Source: Escherichia coli
GTDB taxonomy: Bacteria > Pseudomonadota > Gammaproteobacteria > Enterobacterales > Enterobacteriaceae
NCBI RefSeq assembly: GCF_044324875.1
Contig: NZ_CP172185.1
Direction: 5' to 3' (one strand)
Length of the DNA stretch: 64,000 nucleotides
Positions within the stretch are counted from its first letter, which is position 1. Each line of letters starts with the position of its first letter. Under the pieces are notes generated by a model, which searched no databases, was not told the origin of the DNA, and saw only the letters and a program-made list of their open reading frames with translations. This document shows, in pieces, positions 13,785 through 25,497 of this stretch. The position numbers were made by a program, and so were the translations under genes.

Positions 13785-15074
13785 TTAGCTGAACAGAGAG
13801 TAGAAGATTGCGGAGATTGCAATCAGACCCATCACGACAACGAATACGTTGCTGATGTGACCGCTGTACTTACGCATTGCCGGTACTTTCTGAATTGCGT
13901 ACATCGGCATCAGGAACAGGATCATCGCGATGATTGGGCCGCCCAGGGTTTCAATCATACCCAGGATGCTCGGGTTCAGGGTGGCAACAATCCAGGTCGT
14001 TACCAGCATGAACAGCGCAGTAATACGGTTCAGCTTGTTGATTTCGATAGACTTACCTTTACCACGCAGAGATTTAATCACCATACCGTTGAAGCCTTCA
14101 CGTGCGCCCAGGTAGTGGCCGAGGAAGGATTTGGTGATAGCGATAATCGCGATAATCGGTGCCATCCACGCGATAACCGGTGCGTTAAAGTGGTTAGCCA
14201 GGTAAGACAGAATCGAGATGTTCTGCTCTTTAGCCGCAGCCAGGTCTGCCGGAGTCAGGCTCAGTACGCAGCTGAATACGAAGAACATTACGGTCAGCAC
14301 CATCATGATGTGTGCGAATGCCAGGATCTTCGAGCATTTCTGTTCTGCCATATCGCCGTACTCTTCACGCTTCGCAACAGCGAAAGAAGAGATGATCGGA
14401 GAGTGGTTGAACGAGAACACCATTACCGGAATTGCCAGCCACAGGGTCATCCACAGACCGTTTCCGGTTGCCGATGCAGTGTCCAGAGACAGCGTTTCCA
14501 GTGCTGCGCCGTTCCACTGCGGGATCAGGTACAGAGCCAGCAGCATCAGTACGCCAACAAACGGGAATACCAGAATACTCATCGCTTTAACGATCATCTG
14601 CTCACCGAAGCGAACGATGGTCATCATACCCACGATCAGGATCAGCGACAGAATCGCACGCGGCGGTGGTGTCATACCCAGCTGGTGAGACATGAAGCTT
14701 TCAACTGTATTGGTGATTGCCACGCTATAAACCAGCAGGATCGGGTAGATAGCGAAGAAGTAGAGCAGGGTAATCAGTTTACCTGCGCCAATACCAAAGT
14801 GTTCTTCTACAACCTCGGTGATGTCTTCGCCCGGGTTTTTACCAGACAGTACGAAGCGAGTCAGACCGCGGTGAGCAAAAAATGTCATCGGGAACGCAAG
14901 GATAGCCATGATGATCAGCGGGATCATACCGCCAACACCGGCGTTGATTGGCAGGAACAGCACGCCCGCGCCGATTGCCGTGCCGTAAAGGCCCAGCATC
15001 CACATGGTGTCTGTCTTGCGCCAGGCACTACGAGAGTCTTTCGACGCAATCGTGCTGGTTTGAGTCGTTTCCAT
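13785..15074 (-). CDS. sdaC: Serine:H+ symporter SdaC (HAAAP family)
   Basis: 429 aa, polytopic membrane protein. Confidence 0.95.
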   Translation of the reverse strand: METTQTSTIASKDSRSAWRKTDTMWMLGLYGTAIGAGVLFLPINAGVGGMIPLIIMAILAFPMTFFAHRGLTRFVLSGKNPGEDITEVVEEHFGIGAGKLITLLYFFAIYPILLVYSVAITNTVESFMSHQLGMTPPPRAILSLILIVGMMTIVRFGEQMIVKAMSILVFPFVGVLMLLALYLIPQWNGAALETLSLDTASATGNGLWMTLWLAIPVMVFSFNHSPIISSFAVAKREEYGDMAEQKCSKILAFAHIMMVLTVMFFVFSCVLSLTPADLAAAKEQNISILSYLANHFNAPVIAWMAPIIAIIAITKSFLGHYLGAREGFNGMVIKSLRGKGKSIEINKLNRITALFMLVTTWIVATLNPSILGMIETLGGPIIAMILFLMPMYAIQKVPAMRKYSGHISNVFVVVMGLIAISAIFYSLFS

Positions 15075-15592
15075 CTATTTCTCCTGGAGGAATGCAAATA
15101 ATTCAGCTTTTAGCCAGTTCAGCCCGGGAAGGTGCCTGACCGTAAAAATGAAATCTGTCTATCGGCGATGGCTTAATCATTTACCGCCGTAATAATTTGA
15201 GGGCGGAAAGATACACACAAGTTATGTATCTATCAGTGATCTTGATCCCAAATACAATAATCTACTTGGAAGATAGATTATCCCAACGCTTTACTCTGTA
15301 AATCAAAAGTAAAAGAGAATTTAAGGGCAATATTTGCCCATTAAACGACATCTGACTTCTTCCGGGGCGCGCAATATATGTAGGTTGAACTGAAAAAATC
15401 AATACTTTTAGTTAATCATGGCGATAATTTCTTTTTCATAGCGATAAAATGTGGTTTATGAAAATAGGTAAACGTTTGCGTTACAACATAAATTGTATGA
15501 CATATTAACTGTAATGATATTTATCGCGTGAGGGTGGTAAGAAACATTCATATAACAAATGAAATAAATTGATGGGTATGTGACCAAAAACG

Positions 15593-15623
15593 AGAAAACC
15601 CGGCAACAAACGTCACCGGGGGA
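15593..15623 (-). terminator. Putative intrinsic terminator downstream of ppnN (CCCGG-N12-CCGGG + UUUUCUCG on the minus strand)
   Basis: Short GC stem followed by a U-rich tract 7 nt after the ppnN stop. Confidence 0.35.
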
Positions 15624-15629
15624 GGGAGA

Positions 15630-16994
15630 TTACGTGCAGATTTCGTAGCAAGGGATGTAGGCTGAGCCTGGCAACTTCATACGATGCTGGGCAACAAAAC
15701 CCTGTAGCAGGTCATCCATACGACGCATAATCTCTTTATCGCCGTTGATTTTATAAGGACCAAACTCTTCAATGGCGCGAATACCGACTTCTTTTACGTT
15801 ACCCGCCACAATACCGGAGAACGCACGGCGCAGGTCGGCAGCCAGCACTTCAACGGGTTGATCCGGGTAAAGCTTCAGATTAGCCATATTCTCGTGAGAC
15901 GGCTCAAACGGCATTTGCAAATCTGGCGCAATGCGCATTGACCAGTTAAAGCTGTAGGCATCGCCTGTGTCGCGGCGATTTTCTTTCACCAGCGGCATCG
16001 ATTTTTTCATCTGACGAGCGACTTCAGCGGCGTCATCAATGATGATGCGGTAATGGCGGCGCGCGTTTTCACCCAACGTATGCACGACAAACTCGTCCAG
16101 TACGCGGAAGTAGTCGGCGCTCTCTTTCGGGCCGGTGAGGATCAATGGTAAAACCTGATCTTTGTTGGCCGGGTTCATTAAAATTCCCAGCAAATACAGC
16201 AACTCTTCTGCCGTACCCACACCGCCAGGGAAGATAATGATACCGTGAGCGATACGGACAAACGCTTCCAGACGTTTTTCGATATCTGGCATGATGATCA
16301 ATTCGTTGACCAGCGGGTTAGGCGGTTCAGCGGCGATAATCGACGGCTCTGTCATACCAATAAAACGACTGTCTTTGTAACGCTGCTGTGCGTGTCCGAC
16401 CGCAGCGCCTTTCATCGGCGCTTCCATCGCTCCCGGACCACAGCCGGTGCAGATATTCAGCTCACGCAGGCCCAGCTGATTCCCGACGCGACGGGCATAC
16501 AAATACTCGTTTTCGTTAATTGAGTGCCCGCCCCAGCAGACCACCATATTTGGCGCTTCACCGACATGCAGTGCGCGAGCGTTACGCAAGATGGAAAAGA
16601 CCAGGTTAGTGATGTGGACGGAGTTGTCGAGATTCAGGTTGGGAAAACGAACGGTGTTATGGATTTGCCCGTAAACGAAGAGAATGTCACGCAGAACCGC
16701 GAACAAGTTGGCCTGCAAAGCGCGAATAATTCGCCCATCGACAAAAGCCTCTTCCGGGGGATTAATCAGTTCCAGCTTTACGCCGCGTTCACGGCGCAGG
16801 ACGTTAATATCGAAATTTTCAAAACGAGACAGCAATTCTTTGCTGTTATCGGTCAAACTACCGGAGTTCAGTACGGCAAGTGAACAGTTGCGAAACAGTT
16901 GATAGAGGTCGCTGCTGGCGGTGCGTTTAAGCATATCCACTTCCAGCTGCGACAACATATCCATGGAGCCAAGCGGGCTAATATGTGTAATCAA
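15630..16994 (-). CDS. ppnN: Nucleotide 5'-monophosphate nucleosidase PpnN (YgdH, LOG-family)
   Basis: 454 aa; LOG/TIGR00730-like PGGxGTxxE motif ([13 protein letters not shown]). Confidence 0.9.
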
Positions 16995-17105
16995 GAAAAA
17001 CTCCTTATGGGACGAATATCGTCATTCCCTTTGATTACAATAGCCCTGCCTGATGACCTTTCACAACCTTCTGCGTGAATCCAGCACGCAAAATTGAGAA
17101 AAAAT

Positions 17106-17954
17106 TTATTGCCGAACCAGTCTTGTGGTCGATGGGACAAAATCGCTATTACTGCGCCACGGGTTAATGTCCAGACCGCCACGACGGGTATAACGTGCGT
17201 AAACGCTCAATTTCTCTGGCTGGCAGAAGCGTAACAGGTCATTAAAGATGCGTTCCACGCACTGTTCGTGGAACTCGTTGTGATGACGGAAAGAAACCAG
17301 GTAACGCAGCAGTTTTTCTCTGTCAATTTGGCGTCCACGATACTGAATTTGGATCGATCCCCAATCTGGTTGATGGGTGATCAGGCAATTTGATTTCAGC
17401 AGGTGGCTGACGAGCGTCTCTTCTACTACTTTTTCGCCACTGGTGGCATTCTCCAGATAGTCAGTAGTGAATTCATAGTTATCGATAGTGATATCCTGGT
17501 CATCAATGCAAGTGCCATTGAAATGACCTATCGGTTGGCCTTCCAGTTCATCAAGACGATATAACGCCACGCTAACCTTACCCTGAGCGCAAGTGCTTAA
17601 GTCGCGCTCCAGCGTCTGGCGCACCTCATCCCAGTTATTAAAACGCGTCTGGTTAAAACTGTTGAGATAGAGCTTAAAACTCTTCGACTCAATCAGATTT
17701 GCGCTGGTGTAATCAAGTTCAACATGACCGACGGCGACCTGCGGCAAACCTTTCGCATTCAGCCAGGAAAGTTCATATAGCGTCCAGATATCCGTACCGT
17801 GAAAAGGCAGGTTATCCGCTTTCAGACCCAGCGGATCGCGATTCAGACTACGCGGAACGCCTTGCAGTAGGCTGGCGTCATAGGTATCCCGGTAATCGGT
17901 TGATTTTCCAAGAGTCAGGCCCGCAAGTGCCTGATGGTTTGCATAAGAAGACAT
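17106..17954 (-). CDS. queF: NADPH-dependent 7-cyano-7-deazaguanine (preQ0) reductase QueF (two-domain type)
   Basis: 282 aa; QueF motif E(S/L)K(S/A)hK(L/Y)(Y/F/W) present as ESKSFKLY. Confidence 0.95.
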
Positions 17955-18021
17955 GTTTCACCGTCATAAACCAGATAAACTAAACGACAAGTGTATCTGG
18001 TTTAAGTGAAGAGAGAAATTA

Positions 18022-18567
18022 GTGGACGATTTGACCGCACAAGCCCTGAAAGATTTTACTGCACGCTACTGCGATGCGTGGCATGAAGAGCATAAAAGCT
18101 GGCCGTTGAGTGAGGAACTGTACGGCGTTCCTTCACCGTGCATTATTTCAACCACCGAAGACGCCGTATACTGGCAACCCCAGCCGTTTACCGGGGAACA
18201 AAATGTAAACGCGGTTGAACGCGCTTTTGATATTGTGATACAACCCACAATTCATACCTTTTATACGACTCAGTTTGCCGGGGATATGCACGCGCAGTTT
18301 AGCGATATTAAACTGACATTGCTGCAAACCTGGAGTGAAGACGACTTCCGTCGGGTGCAGGAAAATCTGATTGGTCATCTGGTGACTCAGAAAAGGCTAA
18401 AATTGCCGCCCACGCTATTTATCGCGACGCTGGAAGAAGAGTTAGAGGTGATCTCGGTGTGTAATCTCTCCGGTGAAGTGTGTAAAGAGACGCTGGGAAC
18501 ACGTAAACGGGCGCATTTAGCCTCAAATCTTGCGGAATTCCTTAATCAACTTAAGCCTCTTCTGTAA
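18022..18567 (+). CDS. syd: SecY-interacting protein Syd
   Basis: 181 aa; K-12 synteny. Confidence 0.9.
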   Translation: MDDLTAQALKDFTARYCDAWHEEHKSWPLSEELYGVPSPCIISTTEDAVYWQPQPFTGEQNVNAVERAFDIVIQPTIHTFYTTQFAGDMHAQFSDIKLTLLQTWSEDDFRRVQENLIGHLVTQKRLKLPPTLFIATLEEELEVISVCNLSGEVCKETLGTRKRAHLASNLAEFLNQLKPLL

Positions 18568-18586
18568 TCCAAATACCCCATCTGGT

Positions 18587-18604
18587 TGTGAGAGATCTCT
18601 TACA
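18587..18604. promoter_or_regulatory. UvrY (BarA/UvrY two-component system) 18-bp palindromic box TGTGAGAGATCTCTTACA about 180 bp upstream of csrB
   Basis: Perfect 18-bp palindrome at the position of the known UvrY/SirA binding site upstream of csrB. Confidence 0.6.
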
Positions 18605-18777
18605 GACTCTGTAGGAGATCGCCAGGAAATAAGCGAATACTTAAAAAGATAAGAATCGTTATTTTCATTTAAAATCAATATATTGCTTGTTAATCCTTAA
18701 CTTTCATATTAAATTTTCCTTAAGGCATTGTCTGTAAGCGCCTTGTAAGACTTCGCGAAAAAGACGATTCTATCTTC

Positions 18778-19143
18778 GTCGACAGGGAGTCAGACAACGA
18801 AGTGAACATCAGGATGATGACACTTCTGAAGGACACACCAGGATGGTGTTTCAGGGAAAGGCTTCTGGATGAAGCGAAGAGGATGACGCAGGACGCGTTA
18901 AAGGACACCTCCAGGATGGAGAATGAGAACCGGTCAGGATGATTCGGTGGGTCAGGAAGGCCAGGGACACTTCAGGATGAAGTATCACATCGGGGTGGTG
19001 TGAGCAGGAAGCAATAGTTCAGGATGAACGATTGGCCGCAAGGCCAGAGGAAAAGTTGTCAAGGATGAGCAGGGAGCAACAAAAGTAGCTGGAATGCTGC
19101 GAAACGAACCGGGAGCACTGTGAATACAGTGCTCCCTTTTTTT
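18778..19143 (+). ncRNA. csrB: CsrB sRNA (CsrA-sequestering RNA) ending in a rho-independent terminator
   Basis: About 366 nt with more than 15 CAGGA(U/A)G / AGGAUG GGA motifs, ending GGGAGCACUGUGAAUACAGUGCUCCC + U9; matches remembered K-12 csrB. Confidence 0.9.
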
Positions 19144-19188
19144 ATTCCTGCTATTCTTCGCGGCAGTTTTTCTTATTGAGGTTGCTTT

Positions 19189-19518
19189 ATGACCACTCAT
19201 GACCGCGTTCGTCTCCAGTTGCAGGCGCTTGAAGCGTTACTGCGTGAACATCAGCACTGGCGAAACGATGAACCCCAGCCGCATCAATTTAATAGTACCC
19301 AACCGTTCTTTATGGACACCATGGAACCACTGGAGTGGTTGCAGTGGGTGCTGATCCCGCGAATGCACGATTTGTTAGAAAACAACCAGCCGTTACCGGG
19401 CGCTTTTGCCGTTGCTCCCTATTATGAAATGGCGCTGGCGACGGACCACCCGCAACGCGCGCTTATTCTGGCTGAGCTGGAAAAACTGGATGCTCTTTTT
19501 GCGGATGATGCGAGCTAA
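19189..19518 (+). CDS. yqcC: DUF446 protein YqcC
   Basis: 109 aa; synteny csrB-yqcC-truC. Confidence 0.85.
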   Translation: MTTHDRVRLQLQALEALLREHQHWRNDEPQPHQFNSTQPFFMDTMEPLEWLQWVLIPRMHDLLENNQPLPGAFAVAPYYEMALATDHPQRALILAELEKLDALFADDAS

Positions 19519-20300
19519 TGCTGGAAATACTCTATCAGGATGAATGGCTGGTTGCGGTAAATAAACCCTCCGGCTGGCTGGTTCACCGCAGCTGGCTGGA
19601 TCGCGACGAGAAAGTAGTGGTCATGCAAACCGTGCGTGACCAGATAGGCCAGCATGTGTTTACTGCTCATCGTCTGGACCGACCAACTTCTGGTGTGTTG
19701 TTGATGGGATTATCCAGCGAGGCCGGACGGCTGCTGGCACAACAGTTTGAACAGCACCAAATCCAGAAACGTTACCATGCGATTGTGCGCGGCTGGTTGA
19801 TGGAAGAAGCAGTTCTGGATTATCCACTGGTGGAAGAACTGGACAAAATCGCTGATAAATTTGCCCGCGAAGATAAAGGCCCACAGCCAGCAGTGACGCA
19901 TTATCGCGGTCTGGCGACCGTAGAAATGCCGGTAGCGACCGGACGTTACCCGACCACGCGCTACGGCCTGGTGGAACTGGAGCCGAAAACCGGACGCAAG
20001 CACCAGCTCCGTCGCCATCTTGCCCATTTGCGCCACCCGATTATTGGCGACAGCAAACATGGTGATTTACGCCAGAATCGCAGCGGTGCTGAGCATTTTG
20101 GCCTTCAGCGGTTAATGTTGCATGCCAGTCAGTTGTCATTGACGCATCCTTTTACTGGCGAGCCGCTGACTATTCACGCGGGCCTGGACGACACCTGGAT
20201 GCAGGCGTTATCACAATTTGGCTGGCGCGGTCTGCTTCCTGAAAATGAAAGGGTTGAGTTCAGTGCGCCATCGGGTCAGGATGGAGAGATAAGTTCCTAA
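19518..20300 (+). CDS. truC: tRNA pseudouridine65 synthase TruC (RluA family)
   Basis: 260 aa; RluA-family catalytic motif [12 protein letters not shown]. Confidence 0.9.
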   Translation: MLEILYQDEWLVAVNKPSGWLVHRSWLDRDEKVVVMQTVRDQIGQHVFTAHRLDRPTSGVLLMGLSSEAGRLLAQQFEQHQIQKRYHAIVRGWLMEEAVLDYPLVEELDKIADKFAREDKGPQPAVTHYRGLATVEMPVATGRYPTTRYGLVELEPKTGRKHQLRRHLAHLRHPIIGDSKHGDLRQNRSGAEHFGLQRLMLHASQLSLTHPFTGEPLTIHAGLDDTWMQALSQFGWRGLLPENERVEFSAPSGQDGEISS

Positions 20301-20317
20301 TCCAGGGAGAAAACGGT

Positions 20318-20767
20318 ATGGCGGAAATTGGTATTTTTGTCGGCACCATGTACGGAAATTCGCTGTTAGTGGCGGAAGAAGCAGAAGCAATTCTGACCGC
20401 ACAGGGCCACAAAGCAACGGTATTTGAAGATCCTGAATTAAGCGACTGGCTGCCCTATCAGGATAAGTATGTTCTGGTGGTTACGTCCACGACCGGGCAG
20501 GGCGACCTTCCTGATAGCATTGTGCCGCTCTTTCAGGGAATCAAAGATACCCTGGGCTTCCAGCCGAATCTGCGTTATGGCGTGATTGCGCTCGGCGACA
20601 GTAGTTATGTGAATTTCTGCAATGGCGGCAAACAGTTCGATGCCTTGTTGCAGGAACAGAGCGCTCAGCGAGTGGGAGAAATGCTGTTGATTGACGCCAG
20701 TGAGAACCCGGAACCGGAAACGGAATCAAATCCGTGGGTCGAACATTGGGGCACGCTGTTGTCCTGA
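20318..20767 (+). CDS. yqcA: Flavodoxin-like protein YqcA
   Basis: 149 aa; flavodoxin FMN-binding signature (T/S)xTGxT present as TSTTGQG. Confidence 0.9.
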   Translation: MAEIGIFVGTMYGNSLLVAEEAEAILTAQGHKATVFEDPELSDWLPYQDKYVLVVTSTTGQGDLPDSIVPLFQGIKDTLGFQPNLRYGVIALGDSSYVNFCNGGKQFDALLQEQSAQRVGEMLLIDASENPEPETESNPWVEHWGTLLS

Positions 20768-20819
20768 TACGTTCAGCGAGCGGTAAATGCCGTTTTAGCG
20801 GTGCTGAATCGAATCTTTT

Positions 20820-20876
20820 CAGGCAAATGCCAGTAAAAACTGCTTCATAGCGCGGATTTTTACTGGCGTTTGCCTG
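20820..20876. repeat. 20-bp near-perfect inverted repeat (CAGGCAAATGCCAGTAAAAA ... TTTTTACTGGCGTTTGCCTG) with a 17-nt loop, between yqcA and gudP
   Basis: 20/20 pairing including one G-U; no flanking U-run on either strand, so not a canonical intrinsic terminator. Confidence 0.5.
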
Positions 20877-21201
20877 GAGTCAAGCGATCCATTTCATACT
20901 CTTCTTTATTTCTTCGTTTTAACCCTTCCTTTCTTGTTCTTGTTTTCATTTCCGTGAAGTGGATTCCACCGTCCAGGGCTAATGCCAAAATCGGGCCTCA
21001 TTGAACGCATTAATGTTGTGTTGTTGCACGGTGAGCCACTATGGCGCGCTTTTTATACTGCTATTGCCAGATATAAACACGCGCCGTATTCGGCGAACGA
21101 CCTATAAAAACGGCAAAAAACACCCTACGTCACCTCTGATTTCCTGGCGATGTCGCAGTCCAGAGTGAGCGTGGCTAACGCGAATTTTCAGGAGTGCAAC
21201 A

Positions 21202-22554
21202 ATGAGTTCTTTAAGTCAGGCTGCGAGCAGTGTGGAAAAACGCACAAATGCTCGTTACTGGATAGTGGTGATGTTGTTTATCGTCACATCCTTCAACTAC
21301 GGCGACCGCGCTACGCTTTCTATTGCCGGTTCGGAAATGGCCAAAGATATCGGCCTTGATCCCGTGGGAATGGGCTATGTGTTCTCTGCTTTCTCATGGG
21401 CTTATGTTATCGGACAGATCCCTGGTGGTTGGTTGCTGGATCGTTTTGGTTCAAAACGCGTCTACTTCTGGTCGATCTTTATCTGGTCGATGTTTACCTT
21501 GCTGCAAGGCTTCGTCGATATTTTTAGTGGATTCGGCATTATCGTTGCCCTGTTTACGCTGCGCTTCCTGGTCGGGCTTGCTGAAGCGCCATCTTTCCCC
21601 GGCAACAGTCGCATTGTTGCGGCCTGGTTTCCGGCGCAGGAAAGGGGAACGGCGGTGTCGATTTTTAACTCCGCTCAATACTTCGCAACGGTGATCTTCG
21701 CGCCGATTATGGGCTGGCTGACGCATGAAGTGGGCTGGTCACACGTCTTCTTCTTTATGGGCGGTCTGGGCATTGTCATCAGCTTTATCTGGTTGAAAGT
21801 CATCCACGAGCCAAATCAACATCCGGGTGTAAATCAGAAAGAGCTGGAGTACATCGCCGCGGGTGGCGCGCTGATCAATATGGATCAGCAAAATACCAAA
21901 GTTAAAGTGCCGTTCAGCGTGAAGTGGGGGCAGATCAAACAGCTGCTCGGGTCACGGATGATGATCGGCGTTTATATCGGTCAGTACTGTATCAACGCCC
22001 TGACTTACTTTTTCATTACCTGGTTTCCGGTTTATCTGGTGCAGGCGCGTGGGATGTCGATCCTGAAAGCGGGCTTTGTGGCTTCCGTTCCGGCGGTTTG
22101 CGGTTTTATCGGCGGTGTGCTGGGTGGGATTATTTCCGACTGGCTGATGCGCCGCACGGGATCGCTGAACATTGCGCGTAAAACACCGATCGTAATGGGC
22201 ATGTTGCTGTCGATGGTGATGGTGTTCTGCAACTACGTCAACGTTGAGTGGATGATCATCGGTTTTATGGCGCTGGCCTTCTTCGGTAAGGGCATCGGGG
22301 CGCTGGGTTGGGCAGTAATGGCAGATACCGCGCCAAAAGAGATCAGCGGTCTTTCCGGTGGCCTGTTCAACATGTTCGGTAACATTTCTGGCATCGTCAC
22401 GCCAATCGCAATTGGTTATATCGTTGGCACGACTGGCTCGTTTAATGGGGCGCTGATTTATGTTGGTGTTCATGCCTTAATCGCGGTGCTGAGCTACCTG
22501 GTGCTGGTGGGCGATATCAAGCGTATCGAGCTGAAACCTGTCGCGGGGCAATAA
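21202..22554 (+). CDS. gudP: Glucarate/galactarate MFS transporter GudP
   Basis: 450 aa, 12 TM helices, MFS anion:cation symporter family. Confidence 0.9.
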   Translation: MSSLSQAASSVEKRTNARYWIVVMLFIVTSFNYGDRATLSIAGSEMAKDIGLDPVGMGYVFSAFSWAYVIGQIPGGWLLDRFGSKRVYFWSIFIWSMFTLLQGFVDIFSGFGIIVALFTLRFLVGLAEAPSFPGNSRIVAAWFPAQERGTAVSIFNSAQYFATVIFAPIMGWLTHEVGWSHVFFFMGGLGIVISFIWLKVIHEPNQHPGVNQKELEYIAAGGALINMDQQNTKVKVPFSVKWGQIKQLLGSRMMIGVYIGQYCINALTYFFITWFPVYLVQARGMSILKAGFVASVPAVCGFIGGVLGGIISDWLMRRTGSLNIARKTPIVMGMLLSMVMVFCNYVNVEWMIIGFMALAFFGKGIGALGWAVMADTAPKEISGLSGGLFNMFGNISGIVTPIAIGYIVGTTGSFNGALIYVGVHALIAVLSYLVLVGDIKRIELKPVAGQ

Positions 22555-22555
22555 G

Positions 22556-23896
22556 ATGACGACACAATCCAGTCCTGTTATTACTGATATGAAAGTCATT
22601 CCGGTCGCCGGGCACGATAGCATGTTGCTTAATATTGGTGGGGCGCATAACGCATATTTCACTCGCAATATTGTGGTACTCACCGATAACGCCGGGCATA
22701 CCGGCATTGGTGAAGCGCCAGGCGGAGAGGTGATTTATCAGACACTGGTCGATGCTATTCCGATGGTGTTGGGCCAGGAAGTTGCGCGCCTGAATAAAGT
22801 GGTTCAGCAGGTGCATAAAGGTAATCAGGCAGCCGATTTTGATACCTTCGGCAAAGGTGCCTGGACTTTTGAATTGCGCGTTAATGCCGTGGCGGCGCTG
22901 GAAGCCGCCTTGCTTGACCTGCTAGGTAAGGCGCTGAATGTTCCGGTCTGCGAACTGTTGGGGCCAGGCAAGCAACGCGAGGCTATTACCGTCCTCGGTT
23001 ATCTGTTTTATATCGGTGATCGGACCAAAACCGATCTTCCTTATCTGGAAAATACGCCGGGCAACCATGAGTGGTATCAATTGCGGCATCAGAAAGCGAT
23101 GAACAGCGAAGCCGTTGTGCGTCTGGCGGAAGCCTCACAGGATCGCTACGGCTTTAAAGATTTCAAACTTAAGGGCGGCGTGTTACCTGGCGAGCAAGAA
23201 ATCGACACTGTTCGTGCATTGAAGAAACGCTTCCCGGATGCGCGGATTACCGTTGATCCCAACGGTGCATGGCTGCTTGATGAAGCTATTTCTCTGTGCA
23301 AAGGGCTGAATGATGTTCTTACCTATGCTGAAGATCCATGCGGAGCAGAACAGGGGTTCTCCGGACGTGAAGTGATGGCGGAGTTTCGACGGGCGACCGG
23401 CTTGCCCGTCGCGACTAACATGATCGCCACCAACTGGCGCGAAATGGGCCATGCGGTGATGCTCAATGCGGTAGATATTCCACTTGCCGATCCGCATTTC
23501 TGGACGCTTTCCGGTGCAGTCCGCGTAGCGCAGCTTTGCGACGACTGGGGGCTGACCTGGGGCTGCCATTCCAATAATCACTTCGATATCTCTCTGGCGA
23601 TGTTTACCCATGTGGGTGCGGCGGCACCGGGTAATCCTACCGCTATCGATACCCACTGGATTTGGCAGGAGGGCGATTGTCGCCTGACCAAAAATCCGCT
23701 GGAGATTAAAAACGGAAAAATTGCCGTTCCTGATGCGCCCGGTCTGGGCGTGGAACTGGACTGGGAGCAGGTACATAAGGCGCATGAGGCCTATAAACGT
23801 CTGCCTGGCGGTGCGCGTAACGACGCGGGCCCGATGCAGTACCTGATCCCCGGCTGGACCTTTGACCGTAAACGTCCCGTTTTCGGCCGTCATTGA
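22556..23896 (+). CDS. gudX: Glucarate dehydratase-related protein GudX (enolase superfamily)
   Basis: 446 aa; paralog of the downstream gudD. Confidence 0.9.
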   Translation: MTTQSSPVITDMKVIPVAGHDSMLLNIGGAHNAYFTRNIVVLTDNAGHTGIGEAPGGEVIYQTLVDAIPMVLGQEVARLNKVVQQVHKGNQAADFDTFGKGAWTFELRVNAVAALEAALLDLLGKALNVPVCELLGPGKQREAITVLGYLFYIGDRTKTDLPYLENTPGNHEWYQLRHQKAMNSEAVVRLAEASQDRYGFKDFKLKGGVLPGEQEIDTVRALKKRFPDARITVDPNGAWLLDEAISLCKGLNDVLTYAEDPCGAEQGFSGREVMAEFRRATGLPVATNMIATNWREMGHAVMLNAVDIPLADPHFWTLSGAVRVAQLCDDWGLTWGCHSNNHFDISLAMFTHVGAAAPGNPTAIDTHWIWQEGDCRLTKNPLEIKNGKIAVPDAPGLGVELDWEQVHKAHEAYKRLPGGARNDAGPMQYLIPGWTFDRKRPVFGRH

Positions 23897-23916
23897 TTTT
23901 GAAAAAGGACATAAAT

Positions 23917-25257
23917 ATGAGTTCTCAATTTACGACGCCTGTTGTTACTGAAATGCAGGTCATCCCGGTGGCGGGCCATGACAGTATGCTGATGAATCTG
24001 AGTGGTGCACACGCACCGTTCTTCACGCGTAATATTGTGATTATCAAAGATAATTCTGGTCACACCGGGGTAGGGGAAATTCCCGGCGGCGAGAAAATCC
24101 GTAAAACGCTGGAAGATGCGATTCCGCTAGTGGTGGGTAAAACGCTGGGTGAATACAAAAACGTTCTGACGCTGGTGCGTAATACATTTGCCGATCGTGA
24201 TGCCGGCGGGCGCGGTTTGCAGACATTTGATTTGCGGACCACTATTCATGTGGTTACCGGGATAGAAGCGGCAATGCTGGATCTGCTGGGGCAACATCTG
24301 GGGGTTAACGTGGCATCGCTGCTGGGCGATGGTCAACAGCGTAGCGAAGTCGAAATGCTCGGTTATCTGTTCTTCGTCGGTAATCGCAAAGCCACACCGC
24401 TGCCGTATCAAAGCCAGCCGGATGATAAATGTGACTGGTATCGCCTGCGTCACGAAGAAGCGATGACGCCGGATGCGGTGGTGCGCCTGGCGGAAGCGGC
24501 ATATGAAAAATATGGCTTCAACGATTTCAAACTGAAGGGCGGTGTACTGGCCGGGGAAGAAGAAGCAGAATCTATTGTGGCACTGGCGCAACGCTTCCCA
24601 CAGGCGCGTATTACCCTCGATCCTAACGGTGCCTGGTCGCTGAACGAAGCGATTAAAATTGGTAAATACCTGAAAGGTTCGCTGGCTTATGCAGAAGATC
24701 CGTGTGGTGCGGAGCAAGGTTTCTCCGGGCGTGAAGTGATGGCAGAGTTCCGTCGCGCGACTGGCCTGCCGACCGCAACCAATATGATCGCCACCGACTG
24801 GCGGCAGATGGGCCATACGCTCTCGTTACAATCCGTTGATATCCCGCTGGCGGATCCGCATTTCTGGACGATGCAAGGTTCGGTACGTGTGGCGCAAATG
24901 TGCCATGAATTTGGCCTGACCTGGGGTTCGCACTCTAACAACCACTTCGATATTTCCCTGGCGATGTTTACCCATGTAGCCGCTGCTGCACCGGGTAAAA
25001 TTACTGCTATTGATACGCACTGGATCTGGCAGGAAGGCAATCAGCGTCTGACCAAAGAACCGTTTGAGATCAAAGGCGGGCTGGTACAGGTGCCGCAAAA
25101 ACCAGGATTGGGCGTAGAAATCGATATGGATCAGGTGATGAAAGCCCACGAGCTGTATCAGAAACATGGGCTTGGTGCGCGAGACGATGCGATGGGAATG
25201 CAGTATCTGATTCCTGGCTGGACGTTTGATAACAAGCGCCCGTGCATGGTGCGTTAA
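23917..25257 (+). CDS. gudD: D-glucarate dehydratase GudD (enolase superfamily)
   Basis: 446 aa from ATG 23917 ([13 protein letters not shown]); ORF track extends upstream to 23893. Confidence 0.95.
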   Translation: MSSQFTTPVVTEMQVIPVAGHDSMLMNLSGAHAPFFTRNIVIIKDNSGHTGVGEIPGGEKIRKTLEDAIPLVVGKTLGEYKNVLTLVRNTFADRDAGGRGLQTFDLRTTIHVVTGIEAAMLDLLGQHLGVNVASLLGDGQQRSEVEMLGYLFFVGNRKATPLPYQSQPDDKCDWYRLRHEEAMTPDAVVRLAEAAYEKYGFNDFKLKGGVLAGEEEAESIVALAQRFPQARITLDPNGAWSLNEAIKIGKYLKGSLAYAEDPCGAEQGFSGREVMAEFRRATGLPTATNMIATDWRQMGHTLSLQSVDIPLADPHFWTMQGSVRVAQMCHEFGLTWGSHSNNHFDISLAMFTHVAAAAPGKITAIDTHWIWQEGNQRLTKEPFEIKGGLVQVPQKPGLGVEIDMDQVMKAHELYQKHGLGARDDAMGMQYLIPGWTFDNKRPCMVR

Positions 25258-25329
25258 GACAGAAAACCAAAACCGGCTTCATAAGAAGTCGGTTTGAGAT
25301 TACTGACGAAGTGGTTTACGGGGCCGGTT

Positions 25330-25435
25330 TTCCCCCTCGCCCTTTCAGGGAGAGGGGCGGGGTGAGGGTAATCATTCGCACTTGCGTTGGCCTGTTCCCC
25401 TCACCCTAACCCTCTCCCCGGAGGGGCGAGGGGAC
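25330..25435. repeat. Large GC-rich imperfect palindrome (CCCCCTCGCCCTTTCAGGGAGAGGGGCGGGGTGAGGG ... CCCTCACCCTAACCCTCTCCCCGGAGGGGCGAGGGG) between convergent gudD and barA; BoxC-like intergenic repeat
   Basis: Two about 36-nt arms that are near reverse complements; resembles the GC-rich BoxC family of E. coli intergenic repeats. Confidence 0.45.
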
Positions 25436-25497
25436 TGTCTGTGCTGCTCCCAGCATTGGCATTGGACGGAACCTATTTTGACTCGACAAGACGTCCA

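Noticed and set aside
17955-18021. Possible preQ1 riboswitch upstream of queF or syd
   Set aside because: No conserved preQ1-I/II features seen; enterobacterial queF is not known to carry one.
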